Assembly: GCA_951406725.2 (NCBI GenBank)
Contig: OX597838.1
Span: 18,228,001-18,292,000 of the forward strand
DNA length: 64,000 bases
Origin: Octopus vulgaris
Lineage: Eukaryota
Direction of reading: 5' to 3'
Shown in pieces: positions 15,925-28,419 of the stretch (the stretch's first letter is position 1; every line of letters starts with the position of its first letter). The notes beneath the pieces are model-generated. The model made no database searches. It was not told the origin of the DNA and saw nothing but the letters and a program-made list of their open reading frames with translations. Position numbers and translations under genes: made by a program.

Positions 15925-15961
15925 CGTTTAATGTTTCGAGCAGAGCTCTTCGTCGGAAACA
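15925..15961 (-). ncRNA. Variant minimal hammerhead motif (CCGACGA core)
   Basis: Reverse complement tgttt-CCGACGA-A-gagc-tct-gctc-GAAA-ca-TT-aaacg. Confidence 0.5.
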
Positions 15962-16171
15962 TAGGAGAAGGAAGACAGAGGAAAAAAAAATCGCCAACGG
16001 TACACACGAGGTCACATATACATATACACATATGTATGTGCGTGTATATGCTTGTATCTGTATTCCCCGCCTCCAACATTGCTTGACAACCGACGTTTTA
16101 TATATTTTAATATTTATACTCCCGAAAGAAAAACTCAACCTCCGCATTCTCCTCCCCAGATTTTTAAAAAT

Positions 16172-16912
16172 CGTTTACTTGTTTCAGTCATTTGACTGTG
16201 GCCTTGCTGGGATACTATTGGGTTGTGCCGATTTTTAAAGGAAAAAAAAAGGTCAATAAATACTTGTCATTACATTTTTAATCAACCAAATATGACCCAT
16301 TTTGTTGCACAATGCGTCTCCATCTTTCCTTTAACTTGAAAATACCCTCTTCCCAGAATTGACGTGGTTTCATGGCAAAGAATTCCTCAAGGTATCTTTT
16401 TACGTCATCCAAGGAATTGAAATTTTTACCATTAAGACTATTCTGCAGAGACCTAAATAAGTGGACATCCGAAGGAACAATATCTGGTGAATATGGAGAG
16501 TTGGGTAACACATCCCAGCCGAGTTGCAGCAATTTTTGTCTGGTTCCCAAAGCATCAAGTGCTGAAAATGAACTTTCTTATCTTTCATTTTAAAGGGTTA
16601 CAGAATTAACACAGGTTATGGGAACATAAATTTTCTTCCATGAAAAGATATCTTAAACTGTGCTCTAAATGGAGATGTAGTCAAATTCTATTTTATGAAC
16701 TCAACCATGTTCTAAAATAAGTCGAAAGGTAAGCTACTATAAATCGGCACGAACTTTCCGGACAACCCAATACTTTGAAGGTTTTTAGGCCGAACAAATT
16801 GTCTACCTAGTACTTACTCTATCGGTTCTTTTGACGAAGTGCTACTTTACGGGGACGTAAACACACCAACACCGGTTTTCAAGCGGTGGTGGGGGATAAA
16901 CACACACACACG

Positions 16913-16982
<70 letters not shown>

Positions 16983-17137
16983 TATATATATACACGTCGG
17001 ACTTCTTTCAGTTTCCGTCTATCAAATCCATTCACAAAGCTACAATAGAGACTTTTCCAAGGTGCTATGTAGTGGGACCGAACCCAGAACCATGTGGTTG
17101 GGAAGCAAGCTTCTTACCATACAGCCATGCCTGCGCC
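16172..17137 (-). mobile_element. SINE family A split by a mariner
   Basis: Tail at 16172-16215; remainder at 16773-17137. Confidence 0.8.
16218..16770 (-). mobile_element. Internally deleted mariner transposon nested in a SINE
   Basis: TA at 16216-17 and 16771-72. TIRs ttgggttgt...gccgattt (left copy has an internal deletion). N-terminus MKDKKVHFQHLML is joined to C-terminal PYSPDIVPSDVHLFRSLQN...WRRIVQQNGSY. Confidence 0.9.
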
Positions 17138-17772
17138 TTTGTGAACTTAAATACATAGATAGATTTTCCCCAAAGTTCCTACCGGCCCTGTCAAGTTAAA
17201 ACACATCACGCATGCGTAAAATAAAATTTATAATAAATTCGCCACATTTCGAGACAGTAATATGATTAATTTGAAATTCCCTCCAAAATCGATTAATTAG
17301 GTTATTTATTTTGCAATTTCTGTTATTAATCGGTAGATTAAGAATTTAATTAAATAATTAATTATACACTCGTATGTTGGAAATATCAAATTAAATGTGG
17401 ATATTTTGTTGGTTCAAAGTACACTTGTTTCACACGAGAACAAAGAAAATCAATGCTTGGGAACAATTATCTGCTATGGAGCAGGGATTTAGCATTTAGA
17501 AACTTAATTTAATGCACTCTCAACCTTTCTTTCATTCTTTTCTTTCTTCCTTCTTTCCTTCCTTTCTTTCGTTCTCGTTCTCTCTCTTCTTCTCTCTCTA
17601 ACTCTTTCTCTCCTACACCCATTTCTCTTACGATCTATCAGCATCTTAATATTTCCTCCTGTATCGCAAGCACACATATATACACAAATAAATCTATGTA
17701 AAATATATACGGTCGCAATCTAATGACCGAAACAAGTAAAAGATAAAAAATATATATACAAATTTATATTTG

Positions 17773-17811
<39 letters not shown>

Positions 17812-17813
<2 letters not shown>

Positions 17814-18324
17814 CAATAATAATTCTCTAAAAGAGATATAGACAGTAACTGCTCGATAACATAAGGGACTAAAGCCATCTGAATATGGCTAGGGACAGGG
17901 CAGGGTGGTGGGGGTGTTACTGTTGCATTTAGCCCCAGGCGAACATCGACGTCACCAGAAAGGCCCGACACCGTCACGGTGTCCTTAACCTGCAAAGGGA
18001 GGTAATTCCCCGATGAAGCGGAAACCACACACGGACCATGGTTTCAAGGTGTATTGCCTATCGTCGGCGTGTGGTAGGCTTCCGCTTCCTCGACGAACTC
18101 TCACTCTGCAGGATATTCATATATAGATTTTCAAGCAAAATACATTTGCTGATTTCGAAAATCTGTTCGAAAGCAATAATAATTCTCTAAAAGAGATATA
18201 GACAGTAACTGCTCGATAACATAAGGGACTAAAGCCATCTGAATATGGCTAGGGACAGGGCAGGGTGGTGGGGGTGTTACTGTTGCATTTAGCCCCAGGC
18301 GAACATCGACGTCACCAGAAAGGC
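17812..18324. repeat. 360-bp-period direct repeat (~1.4 units)
   Basis: agcaataataattctctaaaag...gtcaccagaaaggc is identical at 17812-17964 and 18172-18324. Confidence 0.95.
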
Positions 18325-18735
18325 TGTGTGGTAAATAGCTTGCTTACGAACCACATGGTCCCGGGTTCAGTCCCACTGCGTGGCACCTTTGGCAAGTGTC
18401 TTCTACTATAGCCTCGGGCCGACTAAAGCCTTGTGAGTGGATTTGGTAGACAGAAACCGAAAGAAGCCCGTCGTATATATGTATATATATGTGTATGTAT
18501 GTGTGTATATGTTTGTGTGTCTGTGTTTGTCCCACCCCCCAACATCGCTTGACAACCGATGCTGGTGTGTTTACGTCCCCGTAACATTAGCGGTTCGGCA
18601 AAAGAGACCGATAGAATAAGTACTAGGCTCATAAAGAATGAGTCCTGGGGTCGGTTCGCTCGACTAAAAGAAGGCGGTGCTCCAGCAAGGCCACAGTCAA
18701 ATGACTGAAACAAGTAAAAGAGTAAAAGAGAAAAG
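18322..18735 (+). mobile_element. SINE family A, slightly 5'-truncated
   Basis: Matches the 23920 copy. Confidence 0.9.
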
Positions 18736-18777
18736 AGAGAATATATACATGCATATATGCGCGAGCACACACACACA

Positions 18778-18986
18778 CGAGAGGGTGCTGAGAAGTTTCT
18801 GGCTTTAAGGGTATTACGAAAGGCCTGGACAGAGGCCCAACCTTTCACAGGGCTTAGAAAAACTAAAGGACCGCTGTGATAAGTGTGTGAATCTGAGAAG
18901 GGATTATGTTGAATAAAATCACAATTAATTTATTCGCCTGTATTTTCTTTTACCCATAACCTGGAACTTTTCAACACCTCTTCGTA
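18778..18986 (+). mobile_element. Mariner-derived MITE
   Basis: Imperfect TIRs acgagagggtgctgagaagtttc / gaacttttcaacacctcttcgta; internal transposase C-terminal remnant GLEKLKDRCDKCVNLRRDYVE*. Confidence 0.75.
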
Positions 18987-18987
18987 T

Positions 18988-19362
18988 GTGGAAGCACTCC
19001 GTCGGTTACGACGACGAGGGTTCCGGTTGATCCGAATCAACGGAACATTGCTCGTGAAATTAACGTGTAAGTGGCTGAGCATTCCACAGCCACGTGTACC
19101 CTTAACGTAGTTCTCGGGGGAGATTCAGCGTGACACAGAGAGTGACAAGGCCGGTCCTTTGAAGTACAGGTACAACAGAAACAGGAAGTAAGAGTGAGAG
19201 AAAGTTGTGGCGAAAGAGTACAGCAGGGATCACCACCATCCCCTGCCAGAGCCTCGTGGAGCTTTTCGCCCAATAAACACTCACAACGCCCGGTCTGGGA
19301 ATCGAAACCGCGATCCTATGACCGCGAGTCCGCTGCCCTAACCACTGGGCCATTGCGCCTCC
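18988..19362 (-). mobile_element. SINE family B (tRNA-Arg-like head) with a 14-bp TSD
   Basis: Head ggaggcgcaatggcccagtggttagggcagcggactcgcgg; TSD acacctcttcgtat at 18974 and 19363. Confidence 0.92.
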
Positions 19363-19373
19363 ACACCTCTTCG

Positions 19374-19408
<35 letters not shown>

Positions 19409-19612
19409 CACATGATACTGCTGGACAGGTTTTAGGTCCATCAGGGTCATAGTTACATTCAAGACCATTTATTCTAGATGCAACTTCGATGTCTCCGAGA
19501 CGAAACATGCTACAACCTTTAAAAAAAGAAGTTGTATAATGACAGTCTACCTTGATATGCGTCGAGTAGTGTTTTCTTTTTTTATATGTTTACAAGTATT
19601 TTAGCTGTAAGG

Positions 19613-19670
<58 letters not shown>

Positions 19671-19774
19671 CTGTTGCCGGTGCTGCTTCTATGGGTACAT
19701 ACAAATATATACATATGTATTTGGATGTATTGGATGTATATATATGTCTGTAAGTACGTATGCATGTATATATA

Positions 19775-19822
<48 letters not shown>

Positions 19823-20129
19823 TGCATGTGTACTCTTACTCTTTGCTCTTTTACTTGTTTCAGTCATGTGGCCATGCTGGAGCACCGCCTTTAGTCGAAC
19901 AAATCGACCCCAGGTAAGACTGACAAGGTGATCAAATCATCCAGATCGAATTATCAAAAACTGGAATAGAAATGTCTGTACTCTGAGAGAAATCTCGATC
20001 CGTGTTGACCAAAAGGACATGAAGACGAACCATCATTGTGTAAAGATCTTGAAGCTGAGATGTGAAGGATGTAGGGCAAGAAAAAGTATAATAACTGTAA
20101 TAATTGAAACACTAGTTATAATGATAACC

Positions 20130-20690
20130 ATTTCTTTATTGGCCAAAAGGGCCGAACACAAAACAAATAGGAAGGATACGAGATGAGGTACAAGTGGGAT
20201 TAAGCACAATATTCGTGTTCAAAATAAATAACAATAACAACAAAATTTTAACAAAATTCCCCCAAAAGGAGGGAGTTCTTTTCAGGGCCAACTAGGAACC
20301 CCACACATTCTGGTCACCCCAACCGCCAAGGGCACTTCAGGCTAGCACCTCTCTTCTCCTCAACTCCTCCGGCCTACAAGCGCATGTTTAGTATAGGCCC
20401 ATTCACACAGGACATCCTCGCCACGTTCACCCGCCTTTCAACGAAAAAAATATTGGGAAGCAGTTCTTCCCTCTCTACTTTCACTTTCCTTTTCGATGAG
20501 GGTTTTGGTCGAAGAGGAAAGTATCTGATTTTTCAGTCCTTTCAATCTCGACCACCACACCGTCTCCTTCGCTATAGCCATCAGGCAGTGGAAAACTGCC
20601 TTCTCTTCCCGACCAAAAGAAGGTGGCGGGGCAATCTTTACGAAGGACTCGTATGATAACCGGATCCGTCCTGTATGCATCAACAGCTAT
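20130..20690 (-). mobile_element. 5'-truncated L1/Tx1-like LINE (ORF2 C-terminus plus 3' UTR)
   Basis: HCLMAIAKETVWWSRLKG resembles the Tx1/L1 KxxIWxxR C-terminal motif. T-rich UTR ends ggcccttttggccaataaagaaat. Confidence 0.55.
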
Positions 20691-20871
20691 TAGACAAAAC
20701 TCTACAAGTCAACAATGCAAATTGTTATAATAATACGAAGAAAAAACAGCATACAAACCATTTGAAGGTTCACAATGTTACATGCAATGTCCAAAAGTAA
20801 TCCTGTTAGGTACATCCTACTTTCTACATAAAACACATTCAGTTTTATACCACAGTTTATATAGTACACTT

Positions 20872-21470
20872 TCTTATTTCTTTACTGCCCACAAGGGGCT
20901 ACACACAGAGGGAACAAACAAGGACAGACAAACGGATTAAGTCGATTATATCGACCTTAGTGCGTAACTGGTACTTATTTAATCGACCCCGAAAAGATGA
21001 AAGGCAAAGTCGACCTCTGCGGAATTTGAACTCAGAACGTAACGGCAGACGAAATACCTATTTCTTTATTACCCACATGGGGCTAAACACAGAGGGAACA
21101 AACAAGGACAGACATAGGTATGAAGTCGATTACATCGGCCCAGTTCGTAACTGGTACTTTATTTATCGTCCCCGAAAGGATGAAAGGCAAAGTCGACCTC
21201 GGCAGAATTTGAACTCAGAGCGTAACGGTAGACGAAATACCTATTTCTTTATTACCCACAAGGGGCTAAACACAGAGGGAACAAACAAGGACGGACATAG
21301 GTATGAAGTCGATTATATCGACTCCAGTTCGTAACTGGTACTTAATTTATCGACCCCAAAAGGATGAAAGGCAAAGTCGACCTCGGCGGAATTTGAACTC
21401 ACAACGTAACGGTAGACGAAATACCGCTAAGCATTTCGCCCGGCGTGCTAACGATTCTGCCAGCTCGGCG
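20872..21470 (-). mobile_element. SINE family C trimer (one head, three ~184-bp bodies)
   Basis: Head gagctggcagaatcgttagcacgccgggcgaaatgc, then three tatttcgtc...gagttcaaattcc...taaagaaata bodies. Confidence 0.9.
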
Positions 21471-21779
21471 CTTTACTGAGGCTAATAATATAATGGTAAT
21501 AATAATACTAATAGTGATAATGATAATAGATTCTTTATTGTGTTAATAACAATGATCTGTTTATAATTATAATAATAAAAAAAATATTAGTAACAATAAA
21601 AGAGAGTTATGATGATCAGAACAATCTTGACCAAAATTATTATTATTATCGCCGCCAGTGTCACCATCGTCGGTGACACTGGTGATGCCGGCGATAAAAA
21701 GCAATAGTAACAGATGTCAATAGTTAATGTAACAGCCGGAGCAACAATAACGTAGAAAGTGATGTTGGCAATGAAGAAG

Positions 21780-22133
21780 ATGGCGGCGATGGTGATGAGT
21801 GGTCGTGGCGGTGGCGGTGGTGGTGGTGGTGGTGGTGGTGGTGGTGGTGGTGGTGGTGACGTCGACGGCGATGAAGATTGATGATGATGATGATGACGAT
21901 GACGATGACGATGATGATGATGATGATGAGGATGATGATGATGCATGTAGCTGCTGCTGCTGCTGTTTGCTGAAACGGTCGTTGATGCTGCTGCAGCTGA
22001 TGTCTATGTGTCTTTGCTGCTGCTGCTGCTGTTGTTGTTGCTGTTGCTGCTGCTGTCTTTGCTGCTGCTACTGTCGCTGCTGCTGTTACACACTTAATCC
22101 TGCAGTTGATGCTATTTATCACTGCTGCTGTTG

Positions 22134-22167
<34 letters not shown>

Positions 22168-22170
22168 ACC
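21780..22170. repeat. GGT/GAT/CTG triplet repeats in the presumed CNGA 3' UTR
   Basis: Begin ~120 nt after the stop codon; AATAAA on the - strand near 22229 and 21539. Confidence 0.8.
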
Positions 22171-22291
22171 TGTCGCCCGCTACCAACATGGCCGCAAGGT
22201 TTTTTTGCTTCACCATGTTGTTGTCTTTATTACGGAACTGTGGCTTTGAAAGAAGTTATAAGTGTTCGCTTGTAGCGTGTCTGTTTTATAG

Positions 22292-23685
22292 CTACGTCTC
22301 GGCATTGGACTGGTCGGAGACTTTCGACACGCTGTCGTCGTCTCGCGCTAATACTTTCTCTAATTTGGTTATCCGTTGTTTCAACTTCTGCTGTGTCGTG
22401 TTGAAGTCACACAACAAGCGGGCGAACCGTGTTTGTAACGTGTCTAAGCTAGTCTCCAGCCGTGTTACTACTTGAGAAGTACTTTCCTCATTTTCCTCTT
22501 GCTTCTTCAGCACTTCCTCGTCTAGAAGATTGTCTTTTAGCAACAGCTGCCTCCCCCGTTCAATTAGTTGTTTTTTAGCAGCAGGATACTCCGTCAGAGC
22601 ATCCCATAAGTCATTTTTAGAGAGACAAAACAAGTCACTATATCCAATGCTTCGGACATTGGCCGTTCTGCGATTCCCAGTTTTATTTCCGGCAATATTT
22701 AAAATACTTACTTCTCCAAACACGCTTCCGTCAGTCAATGTAGCGTAGACGGTAATTCCATCATCGGCTACTACCTGCAATTGTCCTCTTTTGACGATGT
22801 ACATCTCACGACCAATGTCGCCCTTCCTGCAGATGTAATCTCCGGGACTGAACACTTGCAACTTTAGTTTCAAAACTAGTTCAACAAGAAGACCGGGCTC
22901 GCAGTCTTGAAATATCCTTACTTGTTTCAGCGTGTCCAAATGGACATGAATGGCCATTTCGGCTTTTAGTTTGTCTGGCAGCGCCGACAGAACCTCTTCT
23001 TCATTCAGAGATTGTTTATTGGTCCATAGATAATCAAACCACTTGATCACACGTTGTTCAAGTTCTTTACTTACTTTACGAAACTCCATATATTGCTTAA
23101 CGCCGTCCATCCTTTGCTGGAACTCGGCGCGCTGAGCGTTCATATTTGTTATCATGTTTCCGACATTACCAACAATGGTGGCAAAGATTAAAACACCGAT
23201 TAAGAAGTCTACCACCACAAACAAATATTCTTCATCACGTTCGGGGACCGGTGTTTCCCCAATTGTAGTCAATGTTAAAGTAGACCAGTAAAAACTATAA
23301 ATGTATTTTCGCGTTAGAGGTGCGAATTTCTTTTCTGAAATATTTGGATAAACCCAACCGTCTGCGCCGTACCCAATCGAATGGCTGATGGCAAAATAAG
23401 CGCAGGCATTCCAATGAATAATCACAAGAATGTACAGTACTAGTTTACAAATCCGGAACAAATTTGTGAAATTTGTACGGGTTTCTGTCCGATCGAAAAA
23501 TTCCCAAAGTCTGGTAAAACGGAGTAAGCGATTAAACCGTAATTCCGGCACATTAATACCGGTTATGATATAGAAAAGATCAGTTGGTAAAATACTAGCA
23601 ACATCGAAACGAAACGATTTGGATCTCAAGTAATTCAATCGCAATTTTTTGGTATCTCTAACCATCAATCCGTGCTCCAAGTAAC
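22292..23685 (-). CDS. CNGA: CNG channel alpha subunit (CNGA/tax-4-like), terminal exon: S3-S6, pore, C-linker, CNBD, C-terminal leucine zipper
   Basis: ORF has S4 LRFNRLLR, pore [28 protein letters not shown]...FGEVSIL...RRTANVRS and [21 protein letters not shown]. Acceptor tctttcacag at 23687-23686; phase 1 G|GT gives RLKTGYLEHG. TAG stop at 22294-22292. Confidence 0.97.
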
Positions 23686-23919
23686 CTGTGAAAGAAAGAA
23701 AAAGAACGTATCAGTTTCAGGAATGAATAGGTTTATAAGATGTAACGAAACGAATTTAAGATTTTGCTACCAAATGTTAAATACACACACACACACACAC
23801 AGAGAATAAGAATGGATAAAATCTCATCAATAATTGGTGATTACACCATACATTATGGACAATAGTTGCTATTGTGCCAACATATTTTGATACAGAAGAA
23901 GATATAAAATACTCTTTCA

Positions 23920-24084
23920 TAGGCGTAGGAGTGGCTGTGTGGTAAGTAGCTTGCTTACCAACCACATGGTTCCGGGTTCAGTCCCACTGCGTGGCACCTT
24001 GTGCAAGCGTCTTCTACTAATAGCCTCGGGCCGACCAAAGACTTGTGAGTGGATCTGGTAGACGGAAACTGAAAAGAAGCCCGT

Positions 24085-24167
<83 letters not shown>

Positions 24168-24375
24168 TTGTGTGTCTGTGTTTGGCACCACCAACATCGC
24201 CTGTCAACCGATGCTGTCTGTTTATGTTCCCGTAACTTAGCTTTTCGGCAAGAAAGACCGATAAAATAAGTACTAGGCTTACAAAGAATAAGTCCTGGGT
24301 CGATTTGCTTGACTAAAGGCGGTGCTCCAGCATGGCCGCAGCCAAATGACTGAAACAAATAAAACAATAAAAGAG
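23920..24375 (+). mobile_element. SINE family A, full length (tRNA-like head, central microsatellite, aaaagag tail)
   Basis: ggcgtaggagtggctgtgtggtaag (A box)...gggttcagtccc (B box)...gactgaaacaa. Confidence 0.9.
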
Positions 24376-24461
24376 TATACGAAAATATATGCCAACTCAA
24401 AGTTACAAAGGCAATCCAAAGTAGAATATCTCTAATAGACGAACCCGTGCAAAAAGAGCGC

Positions 24462-24497
<36 letters not shown>

Positions 24498-24512
24498 TAT
24501 ATATATATATAT

Positions 24513-24564
<52 letters not shown>

Positions 24565-24933
24565 ATCTTGTTTCTCAAGCGCAACCCGATTGAAAAATCT
24601 AAGAATAACGTTTCAGTTTACGGGTTGAATAATGTTGTAAAATACAAGTTTTCTACTAAACACAGTCCGCCTCTTCTGCTGCTATTGAATAAGAATTTAC
24701 TCTAATAGTCTTCATGTAATTTCGTAATTTGTGACTTTCTCTTTCAATGACTTATATGTACTTGTCCAGAGTTGTAACATTCTGCTCCACGTAGCTCCTA
24801 AACGAAACGTTGCGATTGCCCATCAGGAGCTATGGGAAGCAAAACGTTACAGCATTGGTCCAATACATATGACATTCGAAAGAAAAATTTAAGCTTTTTC
24901 TGACAGAAGCCAATGATGTAAATTAATTAATCA

Positions 24934-25377
24934 TAGGCGCAGGAGTGGCTGTGTGGTAAGTAGCTTGCTTACTTACCACACAGCCACTCCTGCGCCTATG
25001 TGGTAAGTAGCTTGCTAACCAACCACATGGTTCCGGGTTCAGTCCCACTGCGTGGCATCTTGGGCAAGTGTCTTCTGCTATAGCCCCGGGCCGACCAATG
25101 CCTTGTGAGTGGATTTGGTAGACGGAAACTGAAAGAAGTCTGTCGTATATATGTATATATATATATGTGTGTATGTGTTTGTGTGTCTGTGTTTGTCCCC
25201 CTGGTGTGTTTACGTCCCCGTCACTTAGCGGTTCGGCAAAAGAGACCGATAGAATAAGTACTGGGCTTACAAAGAATAAGTCCCGGGGTCGATTTGCTCG
25301 ACTAAAAGGCGGTGCTCCAGCATGGCCGCAGTCAAATGACTGAAACAAGTAAAAGAGAGTAAAAGAGAGTAAAAGAG
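24934..25377 (+). mobile_element. SINE family A with a fold-back duplicated 5' end
   Basis: Same consensus; 31-bp inverted copy of the head. Confidence 0.9.
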
Positions 25378-26692
25378 GACATTAAAAAAAAAAGAAACAG
25401 ATATAAAAAAACAACAACTTTATTTCACATTAACTATACCTAAATACTAAATTAGAAACGTTTGCACTTTGCTTGCATGAGAGGAAAAACATCCTCTGAT
25501 ACTGGTGTACGTCACCGTAAAATGTTCGGCACCATTGCTCCACCGACCTCTCACTTTGTTTCCTTCTTTCATCTTATATTTAATTCCTTCTGTCTGTCTT
25601 TCTTTCCTTTTAGTTAAGTTTTCTGTTTGCTTGTCTTTTTCTTCCTATCATTCTATCTTTCTATCTTTCCTTCGTTCTTTTTCTTTCTTTAAATTTATAG
25701 TATAGCTAATATTTATCGGTTCCTATACCAGACGACACAAAGCTCAATAGTTTTTAATCTCCAGTTGTATCTTTGCACTAAAAATATTCTCCTCGGCAAA
25801 GATAATAATTCACATTTACTTTCTTGAGAGGATTGACACACAGCTTACTTCAATCTTAGTCGTCTTTCCAGACACCGTTCCACATCTAAATATCCATATA
25901 TACCGACCTTCTGCCAGACTTACGCGAAACTATTTATTATGTCCGTATTATCATTCAAAAACTACTTACGCATGCGTATGTGTATGTGTTTGTATGTGTA
26001 TGCATGAACTGGTGAACGTATTCATTAACAAAGACAAAATACTAAATACACAAAGGAGAGCTATATATTTCATTGGAGGCCGAAACTTTATGAAGCATTA
26101 CTCTGAGTTTCATGTTGCTGCTTATTTAATTACAGAAGTGGAGATGTAAGCTGACAATATATAAGCGAACCTTTTAGTAAATTCACGGGGCTATGATTAA
26201 CTATGGGCAATGGATTGGTTGCCAAAACAGGGTTATTGAAAAAAAATCAATCCGTTTTGAATCCACACGAATCTTGCATCAACTATAGTTACCTTCATCG
26301 TTATTGTGTGTTTTACACATATAATATAGACGACATGAAAATATCACGCAATTTTGCATGTGAGCAGAAGGAAAGTACCACGTGTTTTGCATGTAAGATC
26401 TGAACGATTTTTTTTTTATACATGTGACGTTTTTTTTTTTTTGTGTGTGTTTGCTTTGACAACAAATCAGATATCGATGATTAATCATGTTTCGATGAGT
26501 TTGCGATTGTTTGCACTTATGCATAGTCATGTGAAACTTAGCGTGATGCTTCAAGAATTTTTCTGCTTCTACTGATAACAACGACGACGACGGCGACGAC
26601 GACAACAACAACAACTACAATAATAATGATGATGATGATGATAAATAATAACAATGATAATAACGATATTATTATTATTATTATTATTATTA

Positions 26693-26750
<58 letters not shown>

Positions 26751-26892
26751 CATTATTATTGTTGTGTTATTGTTATTATTATTGTTGTTGGTGTTATTAT
26801 TATTGTTATTATTATTATTGCTGTTGTTGTTATTATTATTGTTATTGTTATTATTATTATTTTTGTTATTATTATCATCATCGTCATCATCA

Positions 26893-26966
<74 letters not shown>

Positions 26967-27273
26967 TATGTAGGATCACGATTTCGATTCCTAGACCAGG
27001 CGCTGTGAGTGTTTATTGAGCGAAAACACGCAAAGCTTCACGAGGCTCCGGCAGTAAACCTTGCTGTACTCTTTCAGTACAACTTTTCTCTTTCTTCCTG
27101 TTTTTGTTGTACCTGTATTTCAAAGGGCCAGATCTTGTCACGCTCAATCGCCCCGAGAACTACGTTAATAGACCATCATTATTATTATTATTTATGTATA
27201 TATTCATGTTTCTAATTTAGGTAAGAGGCCAATAATTTTGTGGAGAAAGGTTTAGACGGTTACCTGTCACAAA

Positions 27274-27352
<79 letters not shown>

Positions 27353-27719
27353 CGACGGGCTTCTTTCAGTTTCCGTCTACCAAATCCACTCAGAAGGTTT
27401 TGGTCGACCCGAGGCTATAGTAGAAGACACTTGCCCAAGGTGCCACGCAGTGGGACTGAACCCTGGAACCCTGTGGTTCGTAAGCAAGCTACTTACCACA
27501 CAGCCACCTCTACCACAAATAAAACTTCAACTTCAACTTGATTTACTCTTAATTTCTGTGTGCTAACTCAATTTTAAATTACGACCAGATTATATTTTCA
27601 TACAACATGAATAAAATTATAGCAAAGATCATTTACCATGTGGTGGCCATGTAGTGCTTGCAAAGTAATCCTAGACTATGCAGCCTTGAAGGTTTATTGT
27701 ACTCGTTTTACATATGTAT

Positions 27720-28035
27720 ACATGTACACTGCAACATAATTTCTTTTCCTCAACAGGCCCTGCCCTATTTAACATTGTCCCGAAAGAGATCAAAGAGGAA
27801 AAGGATCCCATCAACTTTAAACGGAGTCTGGATAGATTCCTTCAAGGAATACCAGATAAGCCACCCATAATTGGATACAACTCACCCAACAAGAACTCAC
27901 TACTTGAACAAAACTTGACTTAAACAAAACTTGACTTAAACAGGATTCAGATAATCCTATCAGGTGGTGCTATTAAGTTAGACACGGCCTGGACTAATCT
28001 TTGGTCGAAACATATCTAAGTTTTATCTAAGTTTT
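27720..28035 (+). mobile_element. CR1-like LINE 3' end
   Basis: FFSSTGPALFNIVPKEI...FKRSLDRFLQGIPDKP, followed by an (atctaagtttt)2 tandem tail. Confidence 0.7.
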
Positions 28036-28419
28036 ATGTATGTTCTGGACACCCAGAACATGCATATCACCATTGGTGATCATTGTATTGTGTGTAGCGT
28101 CCACTTAGCACATCGGGAATGTACTTCCGGTCGTGCATCGAGATCTGTATCTTTGCACAAATTACTAACGCGTCCCGTATTATTTGACGCCAACGGTTAT
28201 TATCCGCACAACAACCATCATATTCATCACTTTCGCCGCCGCCGCCGCCGCCGTTGCCCTCACCAGCACCACCACTACCACCATTGTTGTCAGCATCGCT
28301 ACTATCACCGCTATTACCACCACCACCGCCGCCGCCGGCACCACCTCTACCACTACCGCTACGAGCAACACTACTACCCTCCCCACTTCCACTCTTATAA
28401 GTATAGGCCAATTATAATT

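Noticed and set aside
18008-18056. Hammerhead at ccgatga-agcg-gaaa-cca...tggtt
   Set aside because: No room for stem II and no stem I pairing.
21587-22275. PolyQ/H/P extension of CNGA by stop readthrough
   Set aside because: TAG is followed by CTA TAA, so readthrough would end after one codon; the repeats are UTR-like.
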